From the NCBI RefSeq assembly GCF_963853765.1, contig NC_088858.1, forward strand, positions 12,834,001-12,898,000: a stretch of 64,000 bases of DNA. The letters run 5' to 3'. The DNA comes from Magallana gigas. Its lineage: Eukaryota. Shown one piece after another: positions 48,901 through 62,453 of the stretch (within the stretch, counting starts at the first letter, position 1; each line of letters begins with the position of its first letter). The notes under the pieces are model-generated. The model ran no database searches. It was not told the DNA's origin and saw only the letters and a list, made by a program, of their open reading frames with translations. The position numbers and the translations under genes were made by a program.

Positions 48901-51900
48901 AGAAATTTTGGATTATTCCCCTTGTATCAACTGTAACCTGGGACATACTATAGTAATGCACTGTTTGCATGATGGTCATGTATATTTTCATCACCGAAGA
49001 TCAACAATGAATTTATATCAAATTAGACTTAATGTTCTATCGTTAAAAAAACAGATGCCCTCCTGTGCTATGATTATTATAAATTATGATTGCAGGAGCA
49101 GAAAGAGAAATTCAGTCTTAACTCATGACATTGGGGGGGGGGGGGGGGGGCATAAATTTTTCTGGATCCATGCATGTATAAATTTTTCTGGATCATGCAT
49201 GTATGAAGTCAATGAATAACGTCTTAGTATTCCAAAGACACCAAATAAAATTACTTTATGTGATAATATTGCAAAAATTTGGTTAAAAAAAAGTTTGTTA
49301 TTTAAATCTTTTATCATCTTATACACATATATATTTCATTATTGTATTTAATTTTATAGGTAAGGATATTGTTATAAGGAAACTACATGAACTCAAAAGT
49401 GATGAGACCTGTGTTGTAATTGGGACATTGTTCAAACACATGGAGCTGAAACCAAGCATATTACAGGAGATTAGTGAAGAAGTAAGATCTGCTTGATGCT
49501 TAGTTAGGCCTAAAAATAAAAGTTGTGTGTTTAGGGTAACCCGACCTAACCTACAAAAATGCCCCGATCCTACCATTTTTAGATGTCTGTTTTTATCTGA
49601 TTGTGAATTTTATATATTTTTAATTCAAAAATCCATTTTTAAATATGACACAAACAAACATTCTTAGGATTCATGCAGAAGAAATATGATAAAATAAAAA
49701 ATAATCCCTACCTACCTAATCTAATCTAATTTTTTCATCAGTGTTACCCTAAACACACAATTTTTTTTATTGGCCTTAGTCAAAAGCTGTCTATATAACA
49801 AGTGCTGATGGTATTTGACAGTTTTATTGATTGTTTTGATGTGCATCTCGTTGTATTTTCATTTATTCAACCTCTCAGAATGAGGATATAAATATCATCT
49901 AATTCTTGTTCAATTTCTTTTAATTTGTTGAATGTTTCTTTGACTAATAAATTTACTTGTATTTTTTCATTATGCATAAATGCATAAAATGTAATTCAAT
50001 ATATTTTAAATGTTGCCAGTATGAGTATAATTTAATTTAAGTAAAATTTCATTTTGATACATGTACAGTATTAATACTCCTGCCAACTGGATGCAGGATT
50101 TGGTGTTTGAATTTTTTGAATTTATTCTAAATAGATCTGTTAAGAGCTATAGCCACATCTGATTAAGATTTGAATCTCTTATCATAGAATGATGACAATC
50201 ATATATGTGTGTGAAGAGACTGTAATGGGTTATCATGTTTATTTGTAGCATAATTTGATGCCACAGCCAGTTAGAACAAAATATGTAGATGAATCGGACA
50301 AACTTTATTTAGAAGACGAACTACAAAGAATCATTCTGATGGGGGATCTCGATGTCCAAACCTCTGTTACAGGTATAATTCCTATGATATACAATAAATG
50401 GAGTTTTGATGCAGCTTATTGCTAAACAAATATTGCACTTTGTTTGGTAGTTATTTCCAGTACATTATATTGAATGTTTATAGTTTACATTTTACACTGT
50501 TAATGGTTGTACATGTAATGTATAGTAAGGAGAGCACATGGCCCAATGGTCAGGTGTTAGGTCAGTAACCGAAAAGGTCGCTGGTTTAAACACCATTGTG
50601 GTCACTTGAAGTTGTATGTTGTGCACCAATATACAAGGCAGTTTATCTACATTGTCTCAGTCCACCCAGCTGAAATAAAGTTTTGGTTTACACTGGAAGT
50701 TATGCGTTGGACTGGTGTCCCATTTAGGAGGAGTCAATGTCTCTCGTCTGCTTAGCACCACAAAGAAGGATCTAACTTTTAACTTAAAATGTTATATCAT
50801 TAACAGGTGTTATAATAGCAGTATATGGTAAAGAACCAGAGGACGACCAAGGGAAGTTCCACGTGGAGAAGTACTGTTTTCAAATGTTAAGTGACCAGGT
50901 CCCAAGGCCAGTTATACAGAAAGACAAGTCAGTTTTCCATTTATTCTTTAAGTATTAACGTTGTCTAGGATTCGTTTAGGTTTCTTAACTCCAAAAACTT
51001 CAAGCAAGTTAATATGTATATTTATATAGTTTAGATACAATGTAAGTAGCAAGTGAAAGTTCATGTACATATTAAATAATGAATCACTGCTATAAGTTTG
51101 GATGGGAATCAAAGAAATGTTATTGAAATGTATTCCCCAAGTGCTTAAAAAATAACAAATTTGAAAGATAATAAGAATATAAGATTACCAGTTCATTTAG
51201 AAATCTTTTGGGTTATTTTAACTGAAAAAAGAATTATCTTCTTTTTTCCCGTTTTTAGATATTTGGTCCTAATATCGGGACTAGAAATAGGCAGCAATGA
51301 AGAGCAGATCTTTAGCCTTCAGCTGTTCGTTGACATGGTGGCAGGGATGCTAGGTAATAGTGAGGAACAGAGTCACTGCGCAGAGATATGTAGGGTCATT
51401 GTTGCAGGGAATTCGTTAAGCTCCAGTACACAAGACAAGGACAGCTTACAGAAGGTAAAAACATGAAAACAAATCATTAATCAATATTTGTATTTTTCTA
51501 TTTCAAATTTCTTTGTATAGGTTTTCAAGGTCATTTGATTTTGCAAATTAAGATAAACAGAGATGTGAAAATACATTTTTATAAACTCACATCTTTAAAT
51601 AGAAAAGGGCTTTTTTAAGATGCAAGACATTTTACAAGGACAGAAGAAATATTTTTTTCTCATGCCTGTACAATTTCAACTTTTTTTTATACTAGGCAAA
51701 ATATCTGAGCAAGAAAACAGCAGCAGGGAGTGTGGATGCTGTAAAAACTCTGGATGATGTCTTCACACAGCTAGCAGTAAGAATATTCTTTGTTTTCAAA
51801 GATATTTCAATGATGTCATTCTCTTTAAATTTATGAAAAATATCACTTAATTTTTATTTACCATATTGTTTTTATAAAATGATGACAATATCGAGGATAT

Positions 51901-54900
51901 GACCACATACCATGTAAAATTCAAGCAACATAGGTCTATGTATGTAACAAGATTAACTAAGTTTATGAAATTGATTAAGTTATTCCATTTACCTGTGTAA
52001 ATTTTAAAGCATATTACTTACTAATGTGAATGTGTGTGCATGTATGAATGGGTGGTGAAAGAAAAAAAAAATTCATTGTAAAACCTGTATATATCTTAAA
52101 AGTGTTTATGAAAATACAATGAATAAATGTTAATTAAAAAAAACAAACTAAGTTTATGAAGATGGTAATTGATTTTGTATAGATAACAGTAGGCTGAATA
52201 TCATGCAAGATTGTACTGTATTATAATGAACAGTTCAATACACATCTTTCCATTTACTTTGTATCCAGAGTTCTGTGGATGTGGATTTGATGCCAGGGGA
52301 ATATGATCCAGCCAATTACACCCTGCCTCAGCAGCCACTCCATAAATGTATGTTCCCAGAGGCGTCTCGCTACCCAACTTTCCACACGGTGACTAATCCG
52401 TACGACTTCAAAGTAGAAGGTGTCAGGTAGGACAACTGGTTTTTGTAGAGAATACTTGGAATTTGACATTTTTGTTAGGAAAAAGTTAAAGCAAGTCTTG
52501 ATTAGTGATTAGTGAATATGTTATTGTTTGAAAGCTATTGTCCTATACTGTGGAATCATTCATCTTTATGAAATGCATTCAAAATTACAAAAGATTTAAT
52601 TATTGTCCATTGGGCATATAGCACAGAAATTATTTCTAAGTTTATACTTGTAACAGTATATGATTGTATAAAAAATTGCACAGAAATAATGGTGTGATAA
52701 ACTTGTCTGCACATCAAAAATAGACCACTGATACATTTATTAATAGCTTTGTTGATATTTTACATTTCAAAAAATGTGCACATTGTATTAGTATCTCTCA
52801 GTGTTACAAAATAGCTCAAACTTACTTATTGCTGCTTTAGTCCTGCTAAATATCCAAGTAAAATTTCGTTTTTTGAAAATCTAGGTTTCTGGGCACCTCT
52901 GGTCAAGCGGTTCAGGACATTGTCAAGTACAGCACCAATGAGGAGCCACTGGATATTCTGGAGAAGACCCTTGAGTGGGGCCACCTTGCTCCAACTGCCC
53001 CCGATACTCTTGGTGCGGGAATTATCTTGTAGTGCTTTGCCCAAATGTTTGTGCAAATTCTACATCATCAAGAATTGCTATTAACTTTCTATGAAAATTG
53101 ATGATGTTAATGGTTGTTGTAAATCACAGTTTGTAGCTATTTTCCTCAACATCTAATAAATAAGTTTTTCATTTATTTTTTCAAATGAAGAAATATTTTC
53201 CCATGGAAGGAAATGTCCATGTATTTGTTATGCATGTATAAAGCTTGTAATTGGAAACTTTATTTTATGGAATAACACATGTAATACAAGTATACCAGTA
53301 ATCATTTCATTTTGATTTCATTGTAGCAAAGTCATTCTTATAATAAGCAGAGAAGATATTTTATTTTGTTCCTTTTTTAGGCTATAACATGTGGGTTGTT
53401 TTCTTTTGCAGGATGTTATCCATTTTATAAGGAGGACCCTTTCATCATCAATGACTGTCCACATGTTCTTTTTGCAGGAAATATGACCAAGTTTGATTCA
53501 AAAGTTTTCAAGGGTAAGAAACCAAATAGTCAAATGTCAGTAGTCTGTGCTTTTGTATCTTACCATAACAAACTACATGTATGTGATATAATTAGTAAGT
53601 ACAATTTCTATTGATTAAAAAAAAAACAGTGTATAATATCACTAGTTAGTGTTTTTCCTATTTTATGAAAAGAATTTTTGACTGACAGGTATTAAATTTA
53701 ATACTTGTGGATTATTTCGACATCAGTACAATAGCAATATTTCAGTATGCAATACATGTTCTACAATGAATTAAGCAATTTTCATAATAATTAACTTTTT
53801 TCATGATCATTTTGATATTGCAAAGAATAAAACATGCCTAAATTATGTCAATTATTGTTTGCTATAAAAACCTTTTAAAATTGCAAGAAATTACATAATC
53901 AAAGAAGATGGGTGGATAAGGGGTGTAAAATGCCCATACGCGGTGGGACAGACTACTGAAAAATTAAAGTATCAATAAATCTGATGGGTTTTTTTCTAAT
54001 CATTTAAAACAATATATATTTAATGAATCATTGATTTTTAACCTATAGGTATGTTCAATACTTGGAATATGTTGACCCAAACAGGCGTATACGTATCAAA
54101 ACCTGCAAATAGTGTCATTTTTTTAGAACTTCAAGGCATTTTCTTTTATAGAGTGGGTCTGTGCTCCATATTTTTCTCATAGTCTAATTAAGGTCTATTG
54201 GAAAACAAACCGATTTCAATCAACAAAAACATGGAGAGATGACCCACTATACTCAAAAAATATCATTTTGTATCCTAACAATTGAACGTTTTGAAAAAAT
54301 AATACAAGTCCGGTAGTTCGTGGCCTTAGTCACACATAATATTTAAAAAGCCAACTTTGTTGTGTCTGAAATGGCTCAGTGGTTAGAGTACCTGGCATAA
54401 GCTAACCTTATATATCTAGGGTTTTTATGTTTCAGGTTCGATACCACCAAAATTTCCGACAATATTTTTTTTCTTATTTTTTTGTTAAATATATTATTAA
54501 AGACTGACTATAGTTAGAAATTTTGCTTTTGCAAAGTTGTATTATAATATATTTGAATAGATTTAATTGGAGAAAAATAAATTCAAAATTGTATTTCACT
54601 ACTAAACCGAATGGGCATTTGTGCCATCTTATTCCCCCATCTTCTTTATGTAAAAAAAATTGATCTATTTTGGTGAAATTTGAAACACACCCAAAAAACA
54701 ACCCTGATATACAGTATATCAACTATTACACTGTAAGAGTACAGAATGAGTACACTGATTTCAGGATGTGGGGGACAGGAGGTTCTACTGGTCAGTGTTC
54801 CCAGGTTCTCCCAGACCTCCACCGCTGTCATGGTCAACCTCCGCACACAGGACTGTGTCCCCATGCAGTTTGCAGCACCATCCACAATGGAACCTAACAG

Positions 54901-54904
54901 ATAA
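45904..54904 (+). CDS. POLD2: DNA polymerase delta subunit 2 (p50)
   Basis: Exons 45904-46120 ([13 protein letters not shown]), 49360-49481 ([24 protein letters not shown]), 50249-50372 (LEDELQRI), 50807-50927, 51259-51454, 51696-51776, 52269-52426 ([18 protein letters not shown]), 52885-53012 ([17 protein letters not shown]), 53412-53513 (CYPF..DPF..CPHV), 54765-54904. Confidence 0.96.
46384..47056. mobile_element. MITE with 41-bp perfect TIRs, CAGG termini and AGCTA-rich subrepeats (POLD2 intron 1)
   Basis: CAGGTCCAGTACAATCTCCAGATTTAGCTATATAGCTTGAA and its exact reverse complement ending at 47056; flanks GTATA / GTACA (possible 5-bp TSD, 1 mismatch). Confidence 0.88.
47089..47916 (+). mobile_element. 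HINE (Helentron-associated) element with CCGT microsatellite and ~3.7 copies of a 172-bp satellite-like unit
   Basis: Sub-TIR GTCCCCCGCCG (47096) / CGGCGGGGGAC (47885), 5' hairpin, (CCGT/GTGT) array at 47139-47224; units TTGTAAGCGCTCTCATG start at ~47234, 47406, 47578 and 47750. Confidence 0.85.
48053..48560. mobile_element. hAT-type MITE with 8-bp TSD nested in another MITE
   Basis: GTGCCCAA|TAGGGCTGGGACGAT ... GATTGTCCCATTCCTA|GTGCCCAA; it splits a copy of the 20933-21413 family. Confidence 0.85.
49507..49775. mobile_element. PIF/Harbinger- or Zator-like MITE (TTA TSD)
   Basis: TTA|GGCCTAAAAATAAAAGTTGTGTGTTTAGGGTAAC ... GTTACCCTAAACACACAATTTTTTTTATTGGCC|TTA. Confidence 0.8.
50527..50762 (+). 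mobile_element. tRNA-derived SINE with conserved central domain (CORE/V/Meta-type)
   Basis: TGGCCCAATGG A-box, degenerate B box, then CTCAGTCCACCCAGCTG and GGACTGGTGTCCCAT blocks typical of conserved-domain SINEs. Confidence 0.6.
53901..54647 (+). mobile_element. ~740-bp TIR element with internal tRNA-like boxes (copy 2; last POLD2 intron)
   Basis: Collinear with 21850-22591; TGGCTCAGTGGTTAG and GGTTCGATACC at ~54372-54446. Confidence 0.85.
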
Positions 54905-55719
54905 CTACAGCACACCTATTTATTGTTATCCGAGTAAACTGTTATACCAACATCTACAGAGTTCCTTATTTAGTCAGAGTACACAACTGTTGTTGATGTG
55001 TAACTTGCTCATGAAACATTTTATTTAAAAACGTTTATTATTAACCAATTAGTTATCTGGATGAAAAGTAGTACCTGGTAACTATTAGTTGAAGTACAGA
55101 CTTGCAACTTCAAGTTTGTTTAAATCATAATCCTCAGATTTTATGACTCCATAAAGCTGATCTTATGGTGGTATTGTTGCTCAGGTGAGCAATGTTGTCA
55201 ATGAGCCTCTTTGTTTTTTAAGGAAAGTTTATTTTTTGTCACATTACTTGTACAGCTTTCTGATATATTATACAGCTGATTTTGTCGAGCAGTAATGGTA
55301 CATGTACATATTTACGCTGACACAGAGTAGCCGTCCCCTTTACTTTGTATAATGTTTACGTCTCGTCAGAAAAACATGGAGTGTCAGTCTCATGCGTTAA
55401 CGTTTTGTTTGCTAACAGACTGCAAACAAACTTTATTTGGAGGTACTGCACATCAGTCGATTGACCCCCCTTTAGATGTATTTGGATGGGAGTCCCAGAA
55501 GTTTCAAACTCGCTTGTCAAAAATATTGATCACTGGCATTATTGACCGAATGTCTGCATAGGTAATACAATAGCGATGTGTAGAATATTTATCGAAACTA
55601 TTAAAGGAACATACAATCAATCAATTCTGCCTTTTCCCTATTTGAATGGATAGTAGAATGTTAAAAGTTATAAATATTAATATGATATAACACATTGGTA
55701 TGTCCAATGCACGATGTTT

Positions 55720-57012
55720 TATCAATATTGTCAGCATCGCAATGTTGGCCAATATCGAGTTGACATTGTGTTATATCATATTTGCATAATTATTAAATTT
55801 GCATTTGCAGCATAGGTTTATATCCTGTATACATTTTCGATATCACAGTGTTGACCAACATCGAGTCGACATTGTGTCCACATCCTGCGTCTTGTTTTTC
55901 TGTTTACATCGTCAACATCGCAATGTTGATCGATATCGGGTCGACATCGTAGCTCTTATATCCTGTTGACATCGTCGATATTGCAATGTTGATCGACATC
56001 GAGTCGATATATTGTATACATCGTGTGCCTTCTTTTCTGTTTACACCGTCGACATTGCAGTGTTGATCAACAACGTGTAGACTTCGTGTCTACATCATAC
56101 CTCCTAAAACCTGTTTACACTGTTGACATCACAATATTGACCAACACCGAGTTGACATTGTGTCTACATCGTGTTCTTTCCATCCTGTTTACATCGTCGA
56201 CATCGCAATGTTGATCGAAATCGAGTCAACATCGTGTCTACATCGTACCTCTGATATCCTGTTTACATCGTCGACATCGTGTCTACATTGTGTGCCTTCT
56301 TTCCTGTTTACATAGTCGTTAACATTGTGTCTACATTGTACCTCTTATATCCTGTTTACATCGTCGACATTGTCGATATCGCAATGTTGACCAACATCGA
56401 ATCGACATCGCAATGTTGATCGACATCGAGTCAACATCATGTCTACATCGTACCTCTTTTATCCTGTTTACATCGTCGACATCGTGTCTACATCGTGTGC
56501 CTTCTTTCCTGTTTACATCGTCGACATCGCAATGATGATCGACATCGAGTCTACATCGTATCTCTTATATCCTGTTTACATCATCAACATTGTCAATATC
56601 GCAATGATGACCAACATGGTGATATTCTAGATGTCTTACATTGTATATTTCTACTCGCTATGTAGACAATGTAAATTCGATATTGGTTCAACATCGTCGA
56701 CATTGCGATGTCAACAATGTCGATGATGTAAACAGCAAAGAAATATCGGCAATGTTGAGGATGTAAACTCGATATCGGTTGAACATGGTCATCGTTGCGA
56801 TGTCGACTATGTAAACGGCAAAGAAATATCGGCAATGTTAATAATGTATGTAAATGTCGGCAATGTAATAATGTATGTAAATTCGATATCGGCTCAACAT
56901 TGTCGACGTTGCGATGTCGACGATGTTAACGGCAAAGAAATATCGGCAATTTTAACAATGTAAAATCGATATCGTATCAATATTGTATACATCGCGATGT
57001 TGACGATATCGA
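55720..57012. repeat. Foldback array of degenerate CpG/TCGA-rich short repeats
   Basis: Modules ACATCGTCGACATCGCAATGTTGATCGACATCGAGTC and TATATCCTGTTT in one orientation (~55720-56620), reverse-complement modules GATGTCGACGATGT from ~56700 to 57012. Confidence 0.8.
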
Positions 57013-57224
57013 AAAAGAAATATGTATTGGTCATGAATGGCCGATTACGGGTCATATATTGGTGGCTAAGAGGATCAATTAATTTGAACTAAATGTACTT
57101 TGCTTCAATGTCCTATAAGTAGAACAAGACTAAAACTAAAGAAATGTTAACAATACTTTATTACGCATATAGAAGAATGTACACCACATAAAATATCACA
57201 GCTGCCATCTTGGTGGTTAGTTAC

Positions 57225-58439
57225 TGTAACGGGATGAGCGGAGGCTACTCCAAACAACAACAAGACATCTTAAATTTAACAAAATTTAATAAAAAAAAAA
57301 TAAGAGAAAGAAAGAAAAGATAGAAATATAAACACTAAACCACACAAACACTCACACACCTTTCACTCAACAAGAAAAAATATGATGTTTATACAAATGA
57401 CCAAAAATAAATTAGAAGAGTGTCCGAATCTCCGGGGCTGTAGTCCTGGACCAACTACGGACAACCACAACTAGAGTAGTTTCGTCACCACAATCATCAT
57501 CATCACCATCGCCATCATAATCATCGACACTATCGTCAACATCATCAACTACAACACCATAATCATAATAGACATCATCGTCATCACCATAATCATCTAC
57601 TTCATAATCATCACCGACGTCACCATGAACGACATCATCTTCATCGACATGACCATCATCATCGTCGTCGTCATCATCACCATAACATCATCTTCTCAAC
57701 ATCAACAATATGACACTACAATAAGTGTACAAGTGACACCATAACACCATAATAAAAACAATATTGTATAATACATCATATAAGTATCTCACTGATAGTA
57801 TCAAACTATGATAATGTATAAATAGTATTATATTAAAGGCAACATCTCAAAATATTGTAAGTATATGGTAACTAAGTTATTTGTTTACAGTAAACAATAT
57901 GGCGTCTGAGACTTCCGGTGACGCACTTCCGCCCAAGTAGTTAAGTGGAAAAAGTGACAATAAATTGTAAAATAAAATAACGCATAGAAAATAGCCCTTT
58001 AAATCACCGTTTCTTTATACAGCAATAGCAAAAACTGTACTATAGAAAAAGACGAATTCCATTTAAACACTCTCGCTAAAGTCACACATCAGTGAACACA
58101 CAGGTAACTCTACAGTGAACAATGGTCAAGGTGACTTTATAGGACGACTGCGTAATACTAATAAAAAGGCAAAAATTTACAAATAAACTACACCAAACTA
58201 AATAAATACTTACCACGGTCAGCTATCCGTGTCCGCGTCAAATGCTGAACTTGTGAAACTAAAACATGCCACACAGGCTTCTAACACGATACCCCCTTCA
58301 CACACTAAGCACGTCTTAATTGCTGGACAGCTCGGCCGGGTATAACTTAGCGCCTATTGTTAGCGTCGGCCAAGCACGTTGCAAAGAATTATGGGAAAAA
58401 TAAAATCGGGTGTGTTCGATATGAACAGTGATTGTCACA
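57225..58439 (-). repeat. 3' LTR (1215 bp)
   Basis: Direct repeat of 62454-63679; adjacent to the polypurine tract. Confidence 0.97.
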
Positions 58440-58452
58440 CACCTCCCCCCTT
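58440..58452 (-). other. Polypurine tract (PPT)
   Basis: G-rich purine run on the minus strand immediately before the 3' LTR start TGTGACA. Confidence 0.85.
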
Positions 58453-58556
58453 AAAAAATTGTCCTGCAATTTCAAATAAACAATCACTGAATTTTGAAAA
58501 TTCTCACGTATTTACAATAAAACCTATACACATACCTGTACTGTCTACTATACATC

Positions 58557-61500
58557 TCACTGACGACTCAGGTAATCCGCACCCACATTGTCGCTTCCTT
58601 TGATCGCAATGATCCTAAAGCGGTATGGCTGAAGCTGCAAAGCCCAACGCATCAGTCTGGAGTTCTCTGTCTTTGCTTTGTTAAGGTAGGTCAGGGGTTG
58701 GTGATCAGTTTCAAGTAGAAACTCGCGTCCATAAAGGTACTGGTGGAACTTCTGTATTCCCCACACTACCGCCAAACACTCCTTCTCGATAACAGCGTAT
58801 GCCTTTTCTCTTGGTTGAAGTTTCCTACTGGCGTACGCTACGGGTAGTTTCTCGTCATCCTCCATCTGTAACAGCACAGCACCTATCCCATCATCTGCAG
58901 CGTCCGTGCGTAAAATGAAGGTTTCATTAAATTCTGGCAACTTCAATATTGGCCTTTCTGATAACATGTGTTTCAATGTATCAAAAGCTCGTTGCTGACT
59001 TTCAGTCCAAATAACTTTATTTGGTTGGCCCTTCTTCGTAAGATCAGAAAGTGGAATGGCTATCGCAGAGAAATTCGGAATAAACTTTCTGTAGAATCCT
59101 GCTAAGCCTAGGAAGGCACGAACCTGTTTCTTGGTTTGTGGTATTGGCGCATTTCTGACTGCATCAATCTTGTCCTGTTCTGGTTCTAGACACTTGTTGC
59201 CCACCATATGTCCCAAACAGTCAATCTTGTCAAATCCGATGAAACATTTTGTCGGTCTGGCCGCAAGTCCCGCATCTCTTGAGTCGTTCGAACACAGTCT
59301 TCAGTATGTGTAGATGTTCTTCAAAGGTATCTGTAAAAACAATGACATCATCGATAAAGTTTTCTACGCCGTTCATACCTTGAAGTAGTTTTCTCATCAT
59401 ACGACTAAATGTTGCCGGCGCGTTTACAAGACCAAACGGCATTGTCCTGAATTGGTACAATCCGGATGGTGTGGAAAAGGCTGTAAGCGGCTTACTCTCG
59501 TCAGCCATCGGTACTTGCCAGTATCCTTTGCTTAAGTCTATCTTTGACACAAACTTCTTTCCGGTCATATTGGAAAATATGCTTTCTGGACTGGGCATTG
59601 GTTCTGCATCAAATACCGTAGCACAGTTCAGTCGTCTATAATCAATGCAAAATCGATTCGTTCCATCTTTCTTCCGAGCTATGACAACTGGAGCTGAATA
59701 AGGGGAAGATGATGGCTCAATCACATTCAACTGTAGCATTTTCTGAACTTCTTCTGTAATTGTTTTCTCTGTACTGAACGGAATTGGATATGGTTTCACA
59801 CGCACAGGTTCAGACGATGTCACAACAATCTTATGCTCCACTAAGTTCGTCACTCCAGGTATATCCGTAAATACATCTGAGAACGAATCACACAGTGATT
59901 TAGCAGTTTCCAACTGATCTGGTGTTAGTCTGTCTGCAAACTTTATGTCCTTTGCTGTTTCGGTTTGAGTAACAGGTGGCATAAGAATAGAGTCCTGTTG
60001 TTCATCATCATCTAGGTCACTAAAGTCTATGAGTGAAATTGCACATGTTGACAAAACACCACAGTTCAATGTATCTCGTTCAACATACTTCTTAAGAAGA
60101 TTTGCGTGGAAAGTTTTCAGCTTGCCTCCCATATCGATCTTGTAGTCCATCTGTCCTAACGGTACTGCAGGTACTTTTCCTTTCGGAATAGTCCGCTGAC
60201 ACACGTCACATGATCTGCAAAACCGTCTAATGTCTGACTGAATTCCTGGCCAGTAAAATTCGGACACTACTCTGTCGGTTGTTTTCTTTGATCCCAGATG
60301 ACCACCCATCAGCGTTTCATGTGCTATCTTCATGACGATAGTTCTGTATTTCCGAGGAACGATTAACTGTCGGAAAAGTTTTCCACTGGACACTTTGGGA
60401 CTGCAAAATTCTCTGAACAACATTTGCTTCCGTTCACACATTTTTGAAAATCCGCCGTCACTGAAATGTTTAAGCTGTCCACTCTCAGCTAAGCTCCATA
60501 ACTTTTTCAGTGTCTCGTCGTTTCGTTGTTCTTGTAAGATATCCTCCGGCGATACATCCCGTATTGCTTCCGGTACTTTCAATGGTTTGTATGGAGACTG
60601 TTTCTTTTTCAGTTGCGCACGCGTTTCAACAGCTGCTATGTTTTCAACGGAATGAATCCAGGCTGGATTTGGTTCATGTGGTTTCCTTACTCCACGAATA
60701 TTACCAAGAATAAGATCGTACGAAGGCGAATCAAAGCACCAAGCATCAACACTTCCGGTAAAGTAAGGAGTATCGACATCAATTCTAGCCACATCTGAAT
60801 CAATAATACGACCGTCTGCTAACTTGCATCGTTGAGATGTCCCTGTTAGTTGATCATCGTTTACCAGTTCTCTACGAATAACGGCACCACTACAACCTGT
60901 GTCTCTTAGCACAGTCACTAGTTTATTGCCAACACATCCTTTCACAACTGGCATTTCCGTTTCACAGAAAGCAACCGAATCACCAACACACGGTAAGTTT
61001 CCATGTTTCTCGACGACACTCGCGGCTCCTTGGCGACCTCTACCGCGTCCTGGATATCCATGGTTCCCATTATTGTACGACCCACGTTGAAAATCACTAG
61101 GGTAAGTATGTTTCGGTGTTGTTTCTTGTTTCTCGCTCGAATTAAACGGCCTGTTATTCGGACTTTTGCGGAAGTTGCAGTTAAAGGCTTTATGTCCTTG
61201 TCGTCCGCACTCATAACACTTCACTGCATTTCCAGATTGGTTTTGTTGCACGGAATCTTTGTACGGCGGTTGTCTATCGGACTGCTGTCGTCTGTCAAAG
61301 AGCGGTTTTTGCGTAAGTGAAGAGGATGTCACTGTTCTGGCCTCAGCAAACTGGTCCGCGTATCGCGCCATGTCTTGGATCGAAGTAGGAATCCTCTCCT
61401 TTAGGAATAAGGCAAGTTCTTTCGAGCAACACAATAAAAACTGTTCACGTAAGAACAAGTCCTTCAGATCATCGAATGTCTTGTTAGTCTTAGACAGCTG

Positions 61501-62199
61501 AATCCACCGCTCAAGGTAACTGTCCAGTCTGGTAGAAAATTGCATAAAAGTTTCACTTCCGTCTGGTTTTGAAAATCGGAACTTCTTGCGGAAACCGTCC
61601 TCCGTCATGTCAAATCGTTTCAACAGGACGTTCTTCAACTCGTTGAAATCAAGTGCTGTTTCGGGTGAGAGTCTTGCGAACACATCCAGTGCCTTTCCTT
61701 TGAGTAATGCGCTAAGATGAGTCCCCCACGTGTCTTTATTCCATTTCTGCGTTGTTGCGTATATCTCAAATCTTTGAATGTACGCGTCAATGTTGTCTTT
61801 CGAATCCTCAAACGGAGGAAGTTTTGGTCCTTTTATCACTTGAGAAGTTTCTTTCTCCTCTTTAGTCACAACACTCGGATTCATGTGAGATCTCTCGAGT
61901 TGCAGTTTGTGATCAAGTTCCAGTTCTTCTAGTTTTTGCTGATGTCTCTTTTCTTCTATCAATCGGGCGTGCTCTCGCTCATCATGTTCTCTTGCGGCGC
62001 GCTCTTTCTCCATCTGTAGTTTGAAGTCGCGGTCTCTCTCCTCCTGGTCTCTCTCCTCCTGTCTCTCGACTCTATGTTTCTCACGTTCGTCCCGCATTCT
62101 GGCCTGTTCGTCCTTCACGAATTGTTGAAGGTCTTCATCCTTCATCCCCATCTTGGTCCCCACTTCAAGTAGCTCCAGCATCTCCTTGACAGTAGACAT
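58557..62199 (-). pseudogene. gag-pol (Gag with SCAN-like region and CCHC knuckle, protease, integrase Zn-finger and C-terminus only, RT, RNase H), with integrase-core deletion and a +1 frameshift
   Basis: CYECGRQGHKAFNC; LRDTGCSG; HETLMGGHLG..YWPG..CRSCDVC; GYWQVPM..FIDDVIVF; RTDAADDGIGAVL..YAVIEKECLAVVW..ETDHQPL. Frame shifts at ~59280. Confidence 0.9.
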
Positions 62200-62433
62200 G
62201 GTGCATTGACTGACAGACCAACTTACCTCAAAATTATCTCATAAAGGGACTAACTTCTCAACTTTTAACAAAACAATCTGCCTAACGTAATGTACTCACC
62301 AAGGGAAAAGGAAACAACGACCTACACTTGCTCTTACATGTACTACAAAAGAGATCAAAAAATGAAAAATAAAATAAACCTTGGCAACTGTTCACTTATA
62401 AAGATATCTTGTAGTATCTGGAGGAGTCAACTC

Positions 62434-62451
62434 ATCCCACCGCTGCCACCA
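62434..62451 (-). other. Primer binding site complementary to tRNA-Leu 3' end
   Basis: Minus strand TGGTGGCAGCGGTGGGAT, 2 nt from the 5' LTR; matches the 3' end ATCCCACCGCTGCCA(CCA) of metazoan tRNA-Leu(AAG/TAG) as I recall it. Confidence 0.85.
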
Positions 62452-62453
62452 AT

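Noticed and set aside
2437-54904. WDHD1 and POLD2 as a functional replication gene cluster
   Set aside because: They are ~30 kb apart with unrelated genes between them; co-location is probably incidental.
56023-56835. ORFs in the TCGA-rich array
   Set aside because: Repeat-derived with no protein signature.
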